Source: Ophelia neglecta
Lineage: Eukaryota
Reading direction: 5' to 3'
NCBI GenBank assembly: GCA_965285935.1
Contig: OZ260661.1
Coordinates: 30,318,001 to 30,382,000 of the forward strand
Length of the DNA stretch: 64,000 bases
Within the stretch, counting starts at the first letter, position 1. Each line of letters starts with the position of its first letter. This document shows, one piece after another, positions 25,344-39,247 of the stretch. Below the pieces are notes generated by a model. That model searched no databases. It had not been told where the DNA came from and was given only the letters and a program-made list of their open reading frames with translations. A program made the position numbers and the translations under genes.

Positions 25344-28239
25344 ATGACACCAGAAAGGCTTGACTACATCAAACATTTCGAGGTGTATGACAGCGATTGG
25401 TTCCTAACCTCCTACCCCAAATCAGGTAATAGGGGTATACATGGGATCAAAGTATTTAGTCTCCTACCAAAATCAGGTAATAGGGGTATACATGGGTTCC
25501 AGGTATTTATCCTCCTACCCCAAATCAAGTATTAGGGATATGCCAGTGATTTTTTATTAACGTTTTTCTACAGATCGAGTCTTAACAAAATTGAATATAA
25601 TTCAATAAAGGACTGTGCAGCCATGGAACCATGAACCATGAACCATCCCCCGCCCCCGCCCCCCCCCCCCCCGGACCACTACGCAGGTTTCTCTTTCTGT
25701 TCGAGTTCTGGGTTTTGAAATGCCAGTATTTATGTGCCTTATTACCATAGGCTTTTGCGAGGAGAGGACTTAATAGCTGAGGACCACATAAATCTGTAAC
25801 AGTGTATATTTGTGTTTACTATATGTCGTCTGCATTACCAGCATGTGGGCGGTCTAGATCCTCTCCTCACCTAAAACAGATGGGTTCTCTCAACCATGAT
25901 TGGTCAGATAGTGTGTAATGTTTACGTCCATGGTCAAGGTCGCTATGGCCAAGAATATATGTACATGTATGTGCTTATAACCTCTGAACTCCCTTGAGCC
26001 AATAAGAGGCATTATCAAGTTATTTTGTTTCAAAAAATTTTGGAGGGAAAATCAACTTTGTCTGGCACTTAACTTGGAGAAACAAAGGCGGACACACTTG
26101 ATTGTGTCATGTTTGCACAGCATGCGAAAAAAGCGCTTTAAATCTTTAAAACAAAATTCCAAACATATTAACATTTAAAAAATGTAGATAAAACGTTAGT
26201 TTAACATGAAATTGTTAGGTCTTTTTAACATTGGTTTAACGTTTTCTACAAACGTTTTTAACATATGTTTTAATGATGTTTTTTCTCAAACGTGTTTCCA
26301 ACTTTATTTTGTTGGTTCTTTTTAACATTTTTTACGTTTTTAAAAAACATTCTTAACAAACGTTTTCAAAATGTTTTTCTCAGATGTTTCGAACGTTATT
26401 CCAATTCACAATATTATTCCTTAGACATATGTAATGTATGATTTTGCTATTAGGTTAGTCCATCAGACTGGTTTATAATCAGATCCTTATCCGTTTATCT
26501 TTTATTCCTTGTGCTACTGGTTTATAAGGATTTGTATTTATTTAAAACTTTGATCAGGATAGTAGTCCCATAGTGTTAATTTCAAGATATGGCGTATAAA
26601 CTATGTACAGTAGTAGGCCTTAATAGATTTGTAATTGGACTATAGAAGGACCAGTGCAGGCCTTGTAGACCATATGTAAATTATGTGTAGTTGGTCAGGT
26701 ATTTTACTGACAATTGATTAATTCTTATAGCGTTGCCGTATTGGTGTGTTGTAACTGGGAGTACTGTGTTCCAGTCCTCCCATCTGAGGCACCCTTACTC
26801 AGGGTAGGCATATTGACACGTCAAAAATATATGTGGGCTAATAATACTATATATCCATGATTTGAAGTGTATTTAAAATGTATATTCTGGCTATAGTGAT
26901 GAAAGTAGTGTATGGTTTGAATAGTAGTATGAAAGAAATTTGTATATATTGTAATAATGTGGAGCTGTATGGGATGAATGAGACTAATAAAATCAATATG
27001 AACTCACCCAACTTGGAGTCTTTCAAATCGCAAGAACCCAGTGTTACAATTCCATACACCAGCATTTATTGTGCCTTTGCCTAAAGGCTGGCGTTTATTG
27101 TAGACCTGGCGTTTATTACAGTGCCTACGGTATACTGCATTGGTTGACGCTTAATGTGAATAGGAGGGGAAACGTGTGTAGTGGTCTGGGATTATGCCTT
27201 ATGTGGCGGTTTTGATTGGGTAAGGAGACTTTGAGAGTAATGTGTCTCCCGGGTGGGAACCAGAATTCTGGATTCTACATAAATATTGTAGATTGCTACT
27301 TCCAATACTTCAATCTCGTAAGCCGACGACAGATGGACATATAATATCTTGAGTATAGATTCGCTAAAAGTATCTGCTTTGTGTTGTATTTAACTTATTT
27401 TGATTGTATTAACTGAATACAAAATCACCAATCAATAGTCTGCATAAGGGTTAAATAGAGAAGCACTTGTCAGCTTATGACTGTAACGAAATACACACAT
27501 AATTATTTTTCCAGGAACAACATGGATGCAAGAGATCATGTATCTTATTAGACACCAGGATGACCTTGACAAATCTCAGGAGGCTCCTAACTACGTTCGA
27601 GTCCCATTTCTAGACATCGGAAGCCCAGAGAGAAAGAACTACATACTGAGACAAAAAGAGCCCCTCAGAATATTCAAAACGCACTTGCCTTGCAATAAAT
27701 TGCCCTCTCAACTCTGGGAAAAATATCCAAAGATCGTGCATGTTCATAGAAACCCCAAAGATGTCGCCGTCTCATACTTCCATTTTTACCAACAGCTAAA
27801 AGGTGGCCAATTTTTCACAGGAAATTGGCATGACTTTTTCAAGTTGTTCATTACAGGTGAGGTAAGATACGGCAGTTGGGCAGAATACATGAAAACATGG
27901 TGGAAACACAAGAACGACAAAAATGTCTTATTTGTCCGGTATGAAAGCTTGATTGAAGACCTTGCTGGTTCAGTGCAAAAAATCGCCATATTTTTGGGCA
28001 ATCCCCTGCTAGAAGAGAAGCTTCAGAAACTAATTGACAAGGTCAGTTTTGAGTCTATGAGATGTAACAACATGACTAATGGAATTCTTGCATACGGTGA
28101 TACAATCGTTCCCTGCCAGCGGAAAGGAATTGTGGGGGACTGCAAGAATTATTTTACCCTTGAGCAGAATGAAGAGTTCAATGGCTGGATTGATCAAGAA
28201 ATGGAAAAGATTGATATAAATAATATCGGAGGAAATTGA
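25344..28239 (+). CDS. Cytosolic sulfotransferase (Sulfotransfer_1 family), copy 1, 268 aa from the first visible Met
   Basis: Exons 25344-25425 and 27515-28239 join in phase 1 to give the PAPS-binding loop TSYPKSG|TTW. Also KTHL, RNPKDVAVSYFHF, YGSW and RKGIVGDCKNYFT. An AG acceptor at 25337-25338 implies an upstream exon that I could not identify, so the N-terminus may be incomplete. Confidence 0.85.
25409..25540 (+). repeat. 51/52-bp tandem repeat (~2.5 copies) spanning the sulfotransferase splice donor
   Basis: atcag|gtaatagggg at 25421 and 25472; degenerate atcaagtattaggg at 25524. Same arrangement at ~55483-55610. Confidence 0.9.
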
Positions 28240-28436
28240 AACCCCTCGAAATGAAACAGAGCCTTATTATCCCATTTAGAAATGCGGGATAAGGAGGGTT
28301 TTTTTAAAACTTTCAATGTCTTTGGAATTTAAATTTAAAAGCAAAAATCAAACGAAATCCACAGTTACCAATTTAGCACTTGCCTGTTTTTTAAGGAAAA
28401 ATTGAATTTACATATCCCATTAATATCCCATGAATC

Positions 28437-28437
<1 letters not shown>

Positions 28438-28490
<53 letters not shown>

Positions 28491-28510
28491 CATTATTAAT
28501 ATTATTATTA
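28438..28510. repeat. (ATT)n microsatellite
   Basis: Directly visible. A homologous, more interrupted tract lies at 59265-59350. Confidence 0.95.
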
Positions 28511-31500
28511 TCAATAGTGTTGGACAGTAGATTACCTAAATAGTCCCAGAGAATATCCGAAACACACTTGACTTTTTGCCGGTAGTTATGAAGACCCTTA
28601 TTTTATCCATTATAATAACAATTTGACACTGTAAACATCAGTATATCTCAGACTTACCTAATGATATATCAGCTGTGTTATTTAATTACGTGCTCTGGTT
28701 TTCTTAATAATATTTATGTAAATGCTTTGATCATCATATCCCTGGTTGAAAGGACGCGATATAATTAGAATAATGAGTAATATTCAACACTATAGAACAA
28801 CCTAGAAGGGCTTGGAATAAGGAGGATTTTTACCCCCCCCCCCCCCCCTCCCCGGTATAATAAGCTTATGTAGTTAGCGAGGATACATAAGCCATGTGCG
28901 TTTTCACTGGGCAGGGCAGTGATGTCTGAAAAAGTACAAAACATTACGAATTTTTTTGAAAAACTGTCTGCTACATTGGACAATTTAAGTATTGGAACGC
29001 TTAAGTACCAAGAGAGACTGAATTTGTCAAAGGAGACAGTGGAGACAGTGGAGCGTGTAATTAACAGGACTATCAACAGCTCAACCCGGAACAAGGAACC
29101 AGGCAGGAAGAACTCAGTAATAATAGGCTTTACAAGAAGAGGAATGTGCTTTACTGCACCAAAGGGGAAATTTAAAGTATTTTGTTGGCTTAATAGGAAC
29201 TTCACCGACAGTATTGCAATGGATTCAAAATGGTGTTCATCTACCGTATAAATTTCATCATATAATTTGGAATTTTCAAAACAATCTTTTACTTCTGTTG
29301 AAACTATATGAGTATCTGTATGTCGTATGCTAACTTTAATACCAGAAACTTACACGTATGGTAGCCTCATAAATTTTATGCATTATGTTTAAATGGGAAT
29401 GAGCTATCACCCATAATTATTTACCTTGATTATTGCTCTGCATCTTTTGTCCATTAATGTTTAAGTATCCTTGTATTTTCATCATTTATGTTGTCATGAA
29501 TTTACCTATTTTGGTTAAAAACAATCTAGTTGTGCGACTTTCCAACCTGGCCGCTTATGAATTACACCAATTAGCAAATTTTCATTTGTTTCAACCTAAA
29601 TATTTTCTATATTGTGCGTTTCTTGCCTACAAAATAAGGCTTATTTTAAAACCGTCTCTGTCCTTTAGGGCATATTTTTGCCATAACAGTCCCACATAGC
29701 AAATTTAGATTTGACATAGATAAAGTTTTGTCCAAATGTGTTTAACAATTCCTCTTTACTTTCAATATTTGAGTTTCTCAGGAAGGACAATACATTTATG
29801 ATTGTGCTTAATGGATTTAATCATGGCAGCTAATTCGCCATGGTGTTTTCCAAACTTTTATAGTTATATAATATATCAAAATACATTAAGGTATGGTCAG
29901 TATCCTTTTAGTTGTAGTAATTGTACTTTAATTCCTCTGTATAGGAATAGTTACATGCTTTGTTATAAATACTTAATATTGCTTTAGTTAACTTGTGTTC
30001 TTTTATATAATTTGGGAATTGCTTTTCTTCCAATAGTGATCTAATGTAATTTTTATTTGTTTCTATAGTTTCAGAAAATATGGCTCAACGTAAGTTGTTT
30101 CAATCCTACTTTAGTAATATTTGACCTATGATTAAATAACAATATATGTCCTTATCAAGTTATCAGTAACTATGTTACAGTAATCACATTATCAGGTGTC
30201 TGAATTCAAACTATGAGAAGTGGAATTCAGTCAAAAATGCTATAACATTGAGGCTATTACACTTATTGGTTATTTTATATACGTTTTATGCAGTATAGGT
30301 GGTGGTAAAATATCGATATGAAATAATAGTTGCTTGATCAGTTTAATTATCACAACCTGTCAGCTCAAGAAAAAATAACTAAGCTAATCACCAGGGGACA
30401 AGAATCCACTTTACATGGCATTTATGTCAGAAAAAAATCTTCTTTTAGTTTGAATGGATCTAGCTTGTGTCGTTTTATCAGATCAGTTTACTTTAGATTA
30501 TCGCGCTTGATCCTGTTAAGTTTAGGTTTGTTTGAATGGTACCTTATTTGTTTGGCTGTCTATAGTTATTCCATACTGTCTTCATTGAATGCTGTCTGCT
30601 TGGTAGCAGGGGCCATTCAATTAGCCTAACCCTGTTTGGAAGACTAGGAGCTATGGAGTAATGTGAACCTTTAAATCATTTTAAATCGTTTTGACGATTG
30701 TCATAACAGGTACAGGACATAAAGAAGCCTGGTATCCGCGACAAGTTTCTCATCGTCAAACCTAACATTACGCCAAGCAGCATGATAGAAGTAGTTGTGT
30801 GGAAATACAGACTTATACAAAAAAAATGTTGTTAAGTTCAACCAATTTGAAATTAAACATTTGTAAACTACTCATAATATCCTATGCAGATACTGCTTAC
30901 TATATTCACTATTAAAATACACTGGATAAAGCTCTGGCTTTTGCAATAGCATTTTTCTGCAGGCTATACGAAAATACATAATGGCCTTGGCCTTTTGACC
31001 CCTACTAGTAGCATGGTTGCAGTTTCTTGAGATAGTAGAAATTCCTACGTAGTCGGAACTGCCTGAACTAATACAAGCGAATACGTATGAAGAATATAAC
31101 AAAGATGCATTAATTCGCAGGTTAGAGCCATTGTATTTCTAGTGGCACTGATTCAATAGCTTTATTGTCACATACTACTCACTGATCAGCGAAAATCACC
31201 GAATTAGTCTTTGTTCAAATCAAGCCTCAGCGCCTTTCGTCGGTTAACGCACGAGTCGAATTGAGCTGCTCGATCATCTAATGGTGTAGGACTTCCGGTC
31301 CTACTCTTGTAGGGTTTGAGATGCGCTGGCGGCCCTCTGCCATGTTGTGCACTTCATATAGGTAAGATAGATATTTTTAGAAATATACTGCCAACTGGGA
31401 GGCGCGCAGGATGACAGTCCCTAATGTGTTTTTTTGGCACCAGTGCCTTGAAATAGTAAACATTGCTATTTCATTGACTAATTGTTTATTAATCTAAACT

Positions 31501-32502
31501 CTTGAGAGAGGCATTTGCTCTATAGACGTGTTTCTAACAAGACACAATAGCGCGTGTATATCCTTTGTGTTTTCTTGCTATGGATATGCATGTATATGTA
31601 TAGAGTCTCTTTGGTAACAGGCACTAATTTACTCTATCCATGTCATTTAAAGTGTTTCATGATATCGCACAAGTTTATTGTGTGTCGTTCTTATGCAAGT
31701 TTTCAATCGGTCACATTACACATGTATAAATGTGTCCCACAAGTGTTTGCAAATCTAATATTATGGAGTCTTCCTTTGCGATCCGTGTCTACTGATTAAA
31801 CAGTCTTATAGAAGGTTAAAATCTCAAATTTCTAGACTCTAGACTAGTTATACATTAACAGACAGTTCGAGCTTTAAGACGGATCAAAGTTAGCTGCCTA
31901 ATGTTTACCAGTAAACAGGACGACGAGTCCCCTATAATGGGACAAAACTAGTCTTCCTTTCTTTAATATGTACCTACGTTTGTAATCAATTGTTTGAACA
32001 ACTGTACTCAAACCGGTTGCTTTGTGTCTTCTTCATTTTGCTATCCACTCGATTCAAGCCACAATTTAGTGATAGCATAAAAATCAACATGCATTCAATG
32101 TGAAATCAGGGATATATTTCGCATATCTAGTCGACAATTGTGACTGTCTAGTAAGGTTGGTATATATTTATGAAAAGTTATATCTAAAGCCACTTCAGTT
32201 CCTCATCTCATGCGACACCAAACCACACCTCATGACAAGCAATTGTAATATAAGGTAATCAGAATTGGTGGAAATGAATAATAAAAAGTGACAAAAATGC
32301 AGACCTCTCCCATGAAGACACCCCCCCCCTTTTTATAACACCCCTATCCCCCGTCAACACCTGCATGGCAACAGGTAAGCGCATAACATGCACATACAAA
32401 TACTTACAGCCTTAACTAATGCCATAATATGATCGGTCGCTTGATTCCCAGTCGGTAGCATTTTACGTCAAATCGATCTATTTGTACAGAATACCGAACA
32501 TC

Positions 32503-35500
32503 ATGGGGGCCTTTGTCATCAAGGAATTGTTCCTTGCCACTGTCATAGCTAGCCTGTCTTCAGTGGCAATGGCACAGGTAGAGACTTTTGTTTGTTCTTG
32601 TTGACGACTTAAAGATTAGAGATTTCGCTTTCAAACAAAGATTACAAGAGGTGATGTTAAGAGAACGGACTATAATAAGAATCAATATGGTCATTATATA
32701 CGTGTTTCCTGATAAACTTGCCTATGGCCGAAATTTAAGGTATGTTCATTAAAGGTATTCTTTCATTTGTCAGGAAGAGAGTTTACGTCGGCAGAAACGG
32801 TCAGTTGAAGCCCATGAGACAGCCCGCGAATCTGTGGAGCCGTCAGGAGGTAACCAAACAGCATAAACTAACATTACTGTACCTTTCGTTTTTGATACGA
32901 TGACCGTAACGATAGAAGTGAAACATATTTTGAAGACTACGACAGCTTATTTAGCGATGCATCAGCCTAGGTATGAAGTTCTAATTCCGTTTAATTTCAG
33001 GCGGTCAGACTTACATTCGATGGGGTAGAACAACATGTCCAAACTACCCTGACACACATCGCGTATACAAAGGTATGACTGCAAACCGTCCATCTTTATC
33101 GTTAAGCCTGAACGGCTTAAACTAAAGTGTTTTTAATTTCCGATATGAAAACCAGTATCATTGCCAAAAGTTGCTCAATATATACATATTTCTTCAGTTT
33201 TAATCTTAAGACAATTTTCCCCGCGTTGTTAAGTAGGTTTCGTGAAGCGGTCGTCGAGGCAAATTTGGACAATGTGTATATTTACCTGCATATCAAATTA
33301 GCCAATCTTACGTGTTTAACGAACTCGCGAAAAACGATTGTCACTTAAACTTACGGTGTTTTACACTTTCTTTCCCTACCAATTTATTGTTCATGGAGTT
33401 TATGTACATTATAAAATATAGCTATATGCACTTACTGGTTTTCGATCTATGCATGGTCATTATTTAATCTAGCTATGTCTGCCTCGGTTCGGATGGGGGC
33501 TTTAAAAAAGTTATTCTCTCCAGGATTGGCTGGTGGTCCTTGGTATCAGCACAAAGGAGGCGGTGCCAATTTGTTGTGTCTCAGCGATGACCCGGTTTGG
33601 GGAACTTACGACGAGAAATTGACTGGACATGTAAACCTCCATGGTGTCGAGTACCAGACAGGCTGGCCGCTGGAAAATGACAACATTGAGGAAGCGTATG
33701 TTTTATCTTTGTTCTGAAAGGATAACAGCCCCTATAGACACATCGTGCTCACATCTTATATTGACAAGTAACTAACCTACACTGGCTACTCAGTGCACGT
33801 AGCGGATGAACCAAATTGTGACGTCATGGGTGCTATGAAAATACAGATCTAGAAAAGCATCATTGTGGTATTCTAATTAACCAGGCAGACAATATGTCTG
33901 GAATATCATAAAGACCTAGGATAAACTTGTCCTGCCGTACCAATTATTATTTGTACTAATACATTTCCTAACTGGTGCAATGGTGCTGTTACACACTCAT
34001 TCTTCACAATCACAACAACATGCTGTTGGTAATAATCTGGTTATTACACCTGTTGGATAGAAGACTATTCTCCTGCTGTCGCTAGCCATAGCAAAGCGGA
34101 AGAACATAATATTTTGAAAATCACTCTGCGTATTTTTTTAATAAAATATCGCGAAATGCGGTGTCATTCTAAGGGTGTCAATGGTCTATAGCGCAGATGT
34201 TCCATCAGTGCATATCGAGGACATTCGTTTTCAATCAGGCCGGGTGACAACAGGCATCTAAATAGGTAGTTTGTAGTTTACTTAGACAATATCAAGACCA
34301 CTTAGTCAATAAGAATCTTTACTGTTCACATATTGGCGATGTGTTTGCCATACGCATATACAGATTTTACGGGATCATTTTGAAAAGCTTTTTATTAATG
34401 GCATTTAACCGTCGATTTTGATCGACTGGAGAATAGGACGTCCCTAGGCAGTAAAGCCCTCCCAGCAAGGGTGACTGACTCGTCCTTCTTTGAAACTGAC
34501 ATTTGACTCATTTGATAGTTTAAACTTATAGTTTAATTACACACTTTCGGATACTTAATCTGGCTTGGGGGGGGGGGGGGCGGAGGGATTGATCAAACAT
34601 TGTGACGGATGGAACTACACTGTGCTGAACTCTGTGCAGGTAAGGCACAGGTTCAACCAAAGGTTATTCAATTATATACCTTACGCAAAATGTTTTCTAA
34701 AATGAACAATTTGGAGATGATTAAACAATTCTATTAAGTATATCGCCGAGTCGGATTAACCTTTTCTCAAAAAGAAGAAGAGATATTGAAAGGAATATAA
34801 AAAGAAACGACATATGGGAAAATGCTCAACATATTGCCCGACCAGACTCCTCAATAGAAATGTACAAAAAAATAACGTTACAAGATCGATATTTAACTTT
34901 TTTTTATTGACGCTATCTATTTCGGCGTCTTACAGTTTCCTGAACCATCCCCGTGAGAAAATCATAAAAGCATTCATATGTGAAAAGTGCGAAATAAATA
35001 TGACCCCCTTAGCATCAGGTTTTGTTCCAAGGGTGTCTAAAATATCAGCCTTAACACCAAACAAATTTAATTAATTCACACAACTTCGTGAACAGATATT
35101 ATAATAAGACATGTCAATATTTTGAACTCTGCACCAACTTCTTGAAAACTAGCTACCATTTGAACGCATGAGCAAGGAGCCAAAAATCACTTCCTTCTGA
35201 TGAAAACAAGCGACCACACGTGAATCGTTACGGTTAACTGAACAATGTTAATGATGAGAAGTTTTTGTTTTGGCAACTATTTTTATAATTATGTGGCTTT
35301 GGCGGACAGTGTTTCAAACTGTGTTAACCAGAGGCACCCCCTGAGGCAAATTTCTTTTTCGCCTAGCTTCGGGTATTTTCGGAAAGTCCGGAACAGATTG
35401 AGATGTTCGAGAACTTGATATTAACAAATATCGGGGAGCACAAGGTTTCAAATTAATGCTGTTTGTATTTATTGGTAATTTGTCCACATAATAAGCTTAA

Positions 35501-35969
35501 GCTGATGAAATAAGGGGCAAGGCTGATATATCGAACATGCCCCGTAACTATCGATGTAGTTCAATTGGTTTAAATAAATGTCCTTCATAGTGTTTTTGAG
35601 ATTATAGTCATTTGGACTAAGCATAAAGCCGACTAAAAAAATTTTTTATTCTGTAGGTCACACGTAAATCAAGACGTGCCATGTGCTGTATGCTGGGCTC
35701 TCCACAGAACCACGCTTATGATTCCGGGCAGACGAACTTGTGTTCCGGGTTGGAGACTTGAGTACCATGGTTATCTGATGGCAGAACATCATACTCATAA
35801 TAGAGGTGAATTTATCTGCGTTGATCACGCCCCAGAGGCCGATCCTGGCGGATCGGAGAGGAAGTTGGGGGCCTTATTGTATTACGTCGAAGCCTATTGT
35901 GCCTACGCTTTGCGCTGTCCGCCGTATGTAAACGGCAGGGAAATTACGTGTGTCGTATGCTCTCGCTAG
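32503..35969 (+). CDS. Secreted short-chain collagen C4-like domain protein, paralogue 3, 235 aa
   Basis: Exons 32503-32577, 32774-32849, 33001-33072, 33524-33695, 35657-35969, GT-AG, open frame. MGAFVIKELFLATVIASLSSVAMAQ-EESLRRQKRSV...YIRWGRTTCP...REITCVVCSR. Confidence 0.9.
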
Positions 35970-38598
35970 CAAAGTGGGTCCTTCTTACTGATTATATGCA
36001 ATCACAAACATTCTAGAAATGGACGGTTATAATGAAGCTTTCGCTTGTAAATACAAGCTAGGTTTGTTACAATGTAGGAGTGATAGATACAATTAGAGGT
36101 CCGAAGTGATTTTGGCAAGGATCGCATGCATAGGCATCGAGGATGCGTCATAGTATTATTTAACATATCGCTTTCACAGCCTCGACAAATTCAAATATCG
36201 CAGATACCAGACAAAGATACGATGTATTAAAAGTAGCTTTAGATGGATTACGAGTGGATAGGGTTTAGTGTTAATGATAGAATATTGCAGTTAGTTTGTT
36301 TGCTACGTAGACAATTCATTATTTTTTTTTGACCGGCATCTTTCACTGGTATCTCGTATCTAGTTGTTCAATATTCTGCTTCATGTAGGCTTTTTCTATT
36401 CGTTAATCATGTACTCTAACTCTCATATTTTTCGCGAATGTAAGAATTCTAATGTCCTGTGATTGGTCTACCACGCCCTTCTGCCTACGTAATAAGTCAC
36501 ACATTCCACTACTAATATTCAGTTGTACAGTTCTGCTTACGACAGACCGTGATGATATCGCGACATGAGGTCGGAAAGACGCCGGTTTAAGGCCGTGATA
36601 ATGTCGCAAGATTATCGGTAACTTCGCCGGTATTACCGCGATATATTCCCGGCCTGTGTCGCAACTTTGTCGCTGGTTCGCAGTATCGCCACGACGGCCT
36701 GTGTGCCTATTTACCGCAGCTGTGTGTAACAGAGGAACAAAAAGTAGTTCGCCTATCTGTTCTCGATCACTCGTCGAAATTCGAGCTATAATCATGGTAA
36801 CTGCGAGCATAGAGTCTCATTCTTGAACTGTTATAACTATTACGGGGCTTTAGTCTCAGAATGAGTTTTTCGGTCCGTGTCAAGTTAGGATTGAGGTACC
36901 CCCCCCCCCCCCCTCCAACACAATGTCCCCACCATATGCACGTGGCTCCCTATATACATGTATCACTTGGAGGATTTCGTATTGATAAACTAAATTGCTC
37001 CATTTATGTATAGCACCATATTATTTATCTTTCCTCCGCACACACGGGTGGTGATCGCTAGGCTTCTATGGGACATAGGCCTAATCATCATGCCAAACAT
37101 TAGCCTGAAGACGCGAGTAATCACCAGACGTACAGTTGATTAGACAAACACATCAAAGCCACCAAAGACTACACGAGGCGACGGCTTGTGTATTTATCCA
37201 GAAACAATATACGCCTTCGTAATTTAATCAATTTTAGTGCAAGGGTTGAAAATCACCGTTTTAATTCTTCAGTATATGGACAGTGTCTAGAACTACAACC
37301 CAATTTAAAAACTAAATTATGCTTAGATCTTACATGACAAGTTTACAAGTAAATTCACAAAAAACGCCAGATTGCCTGATTATCAATAATATATATTGCT
37401 ACTGGCCGCCTAAATGCCTCTGACAGTTAATCAACTGCGTCGGTAAAAGTATCCCCATATGCCCGCACATTTTATTGCCTTCAGATGTTGTTTACCCCGA
37501 AATTAATTGTTATCATTATTATTTTCTTTGTAAAACAAGTATGTAACACATTATTTATAACTGTATTTGCACTTATCTAGCTTCAGTCTGGAGGTGATAC
37601 ATGTAAGTGGATACACCACAACCCTTGATATCTTTAAGTGCTGATCGCAATTGCTTTAGTTCGCATAAAGAAAAAGCCACATCAAACATTCACACCTACC
37701 AACCAATGTTTCCTGCATTGCAATCGTCAAAGGTGGAGAAAGTCACTAACCATTTCTCACCTATAGGATCCCTATCTCTTTGATTCAGACTAGTTTGTCA
37801 CGGGGATTTTTGCAATTCGTACGCCAAAATTCAGAGTGTCTTACTTTAAGATTTATTCGATATAAGTTTCGGGGCTAGAAATTTGGATAGATTGTACACC
37901 ACAACGATGAATGCTACCTAAGTTGGGATGTCAACTTATTCAAGATAGAATACAGATAATTTTGGAAATATGCTGACACAACACAATCTGATAATATAAG
38001 GACACTTCTTCAGTTTGTACAATTTTATTATCAACAACTGGGATAAACAATGATAACTTTAACAGAACTTGGTCTTTTATCGCATATACTATATCTGCAT
38101 GTGAATCCATCAATGCTCTGACAGGTATTAAGTAGATCTACAATACAAGGAAACCTTAACTTCTTATCCCGGCTGGTTTTCGGTAAATACTATGTAATAG
38201 ATGTTTTCAGAAGTAGAGTAGCGGCATTTAACACCCGGTGTTAGCCTCACACACTTTAGGCAGCACCTGAAAAAGCGAAAAATTACCACATTGTAGTAAT
38301 GATATACGGTTTTGGGCCGTGGAAGGCTTAACAGCGTTAACACCAATTAAGAGACGCTATACACACACACACATCAAAGACACCGCGCCTTAGAGTAGAC
38401 GACTAGCTAGAGTAGCTTGTTTACTAAACAAACGATACACAACCTAAAGACGCCGCGCCTTACAGCAGACGGCAGCTTGTTAATTAAACAAACAGAGAAC
38501 AATGGCAGTACACAACTGACAACACACAGTCCAGGTAAGATTGTTGGTATGTAAATTTGGCCCTACGCCTTTTTTATATTCAGTGACTATAGTAGATG

Positions 38599-39247
38599 TC
38601 AATTTGGAGTAGTGAAAGAACCTGCCACAATTACCTTTGGTATATGATCTATATATTTGTTGCATTGATCGACGGTGAGATGTTCCTCCCACGCCTTCAC
38701 AATCGCCGCTTTTAGTTCTTCTTTGGTGTTGACTTTAGCCTTTGCCACTCGGTATTTCATAGCATGCCATACCAATTCTATAGGGTTGAGGTCTGGGGAC
38801 TCTGCGGGACTGCGGAACCATGGTAGATTATGGTCCTATAGAAAACGCAAACAGGTAAGTATGTGAAATACAAGGAACGGATAAGCTGTTTTTAAATTAA
38901 GATGGTATCCAGGGTTTGATGGATACACATACAGTAGGTTTACGGCGATGAAAACAGATTTATTCATTCGCCAGAAAGCTAACAGATGTTACTGGTATAG
39001 TTTTAGATGGGCATATTAGAAAAATACTGTTGTAAATATTATTTTCTGTTACCTGGAGATATCCTGATGCTATTCTGCTCGTGTGTTTGGGGTCATTATC
39101 AGCCCACATGCGACATCCCTCTGGGTACAGGTCTCGGACTGATGGAAGATAGGCCTGGTCAAGTATCGTATTGGTGTTAAACTCTGCGTCCATGATACCT
39201 TCAAAGACAGCCAGGCATGTTGGTCCTCTGCGGCTAATCCCTCCCCC
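38599..39247 (-). mobile_element. Tc1-family (DD34E) transposase remnant, two exons
   Basis: GGISRRG...FEGIMDA...WADNDPKHTSRIASGYLQ (ends 39053), GT-AG intron 39052-38836, then DHNLPWFRSPAESPDLNPIELVWHAMK... (38835-38599). N-terminal part and TIRs not found. Confidence 0.85.

Larger units (their letters stand above)
25163..36525 (+). repeat. Segmental duplication unit A (sulfotransferase + C4-like paralogue 3)
   Basis: 25163-33080 aligns co-linearly with ~55238-64000. ~30695-36525 aligns with ~46243-52140. Intergenic and intronic sequence is shared. Boundaries approximate. Confidence 0.9.

Noticed and set aside
31286-31304. Hairpin gtaggac-ttccg-gtcctac present in all three duplication units
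   Set aside because: Short stem, no compensatory changes, and the other two copies weaken it. No RNA family is recognisable.
31554-31799. 81-aa ORF recurring at 47126-47314 and 62466-62711
   Set aside because: Conservation is explained by recent segmental duplication. Non-ATG start, truncated in unit B, no recognisable motif.
35500-35545. ctgatga followed by a ggggca/tgcccc stem, a possible hammerhead ribozyme
   Set aside because: The stem II plus GAAA core and the closing stems could not be built.
36403-36810. 135-aa minus-strand ORF in a GC-richer patch
   Set aside because: No recognisable domain or splice structure. It may be part of a transposon end, but no TIR partner was found.
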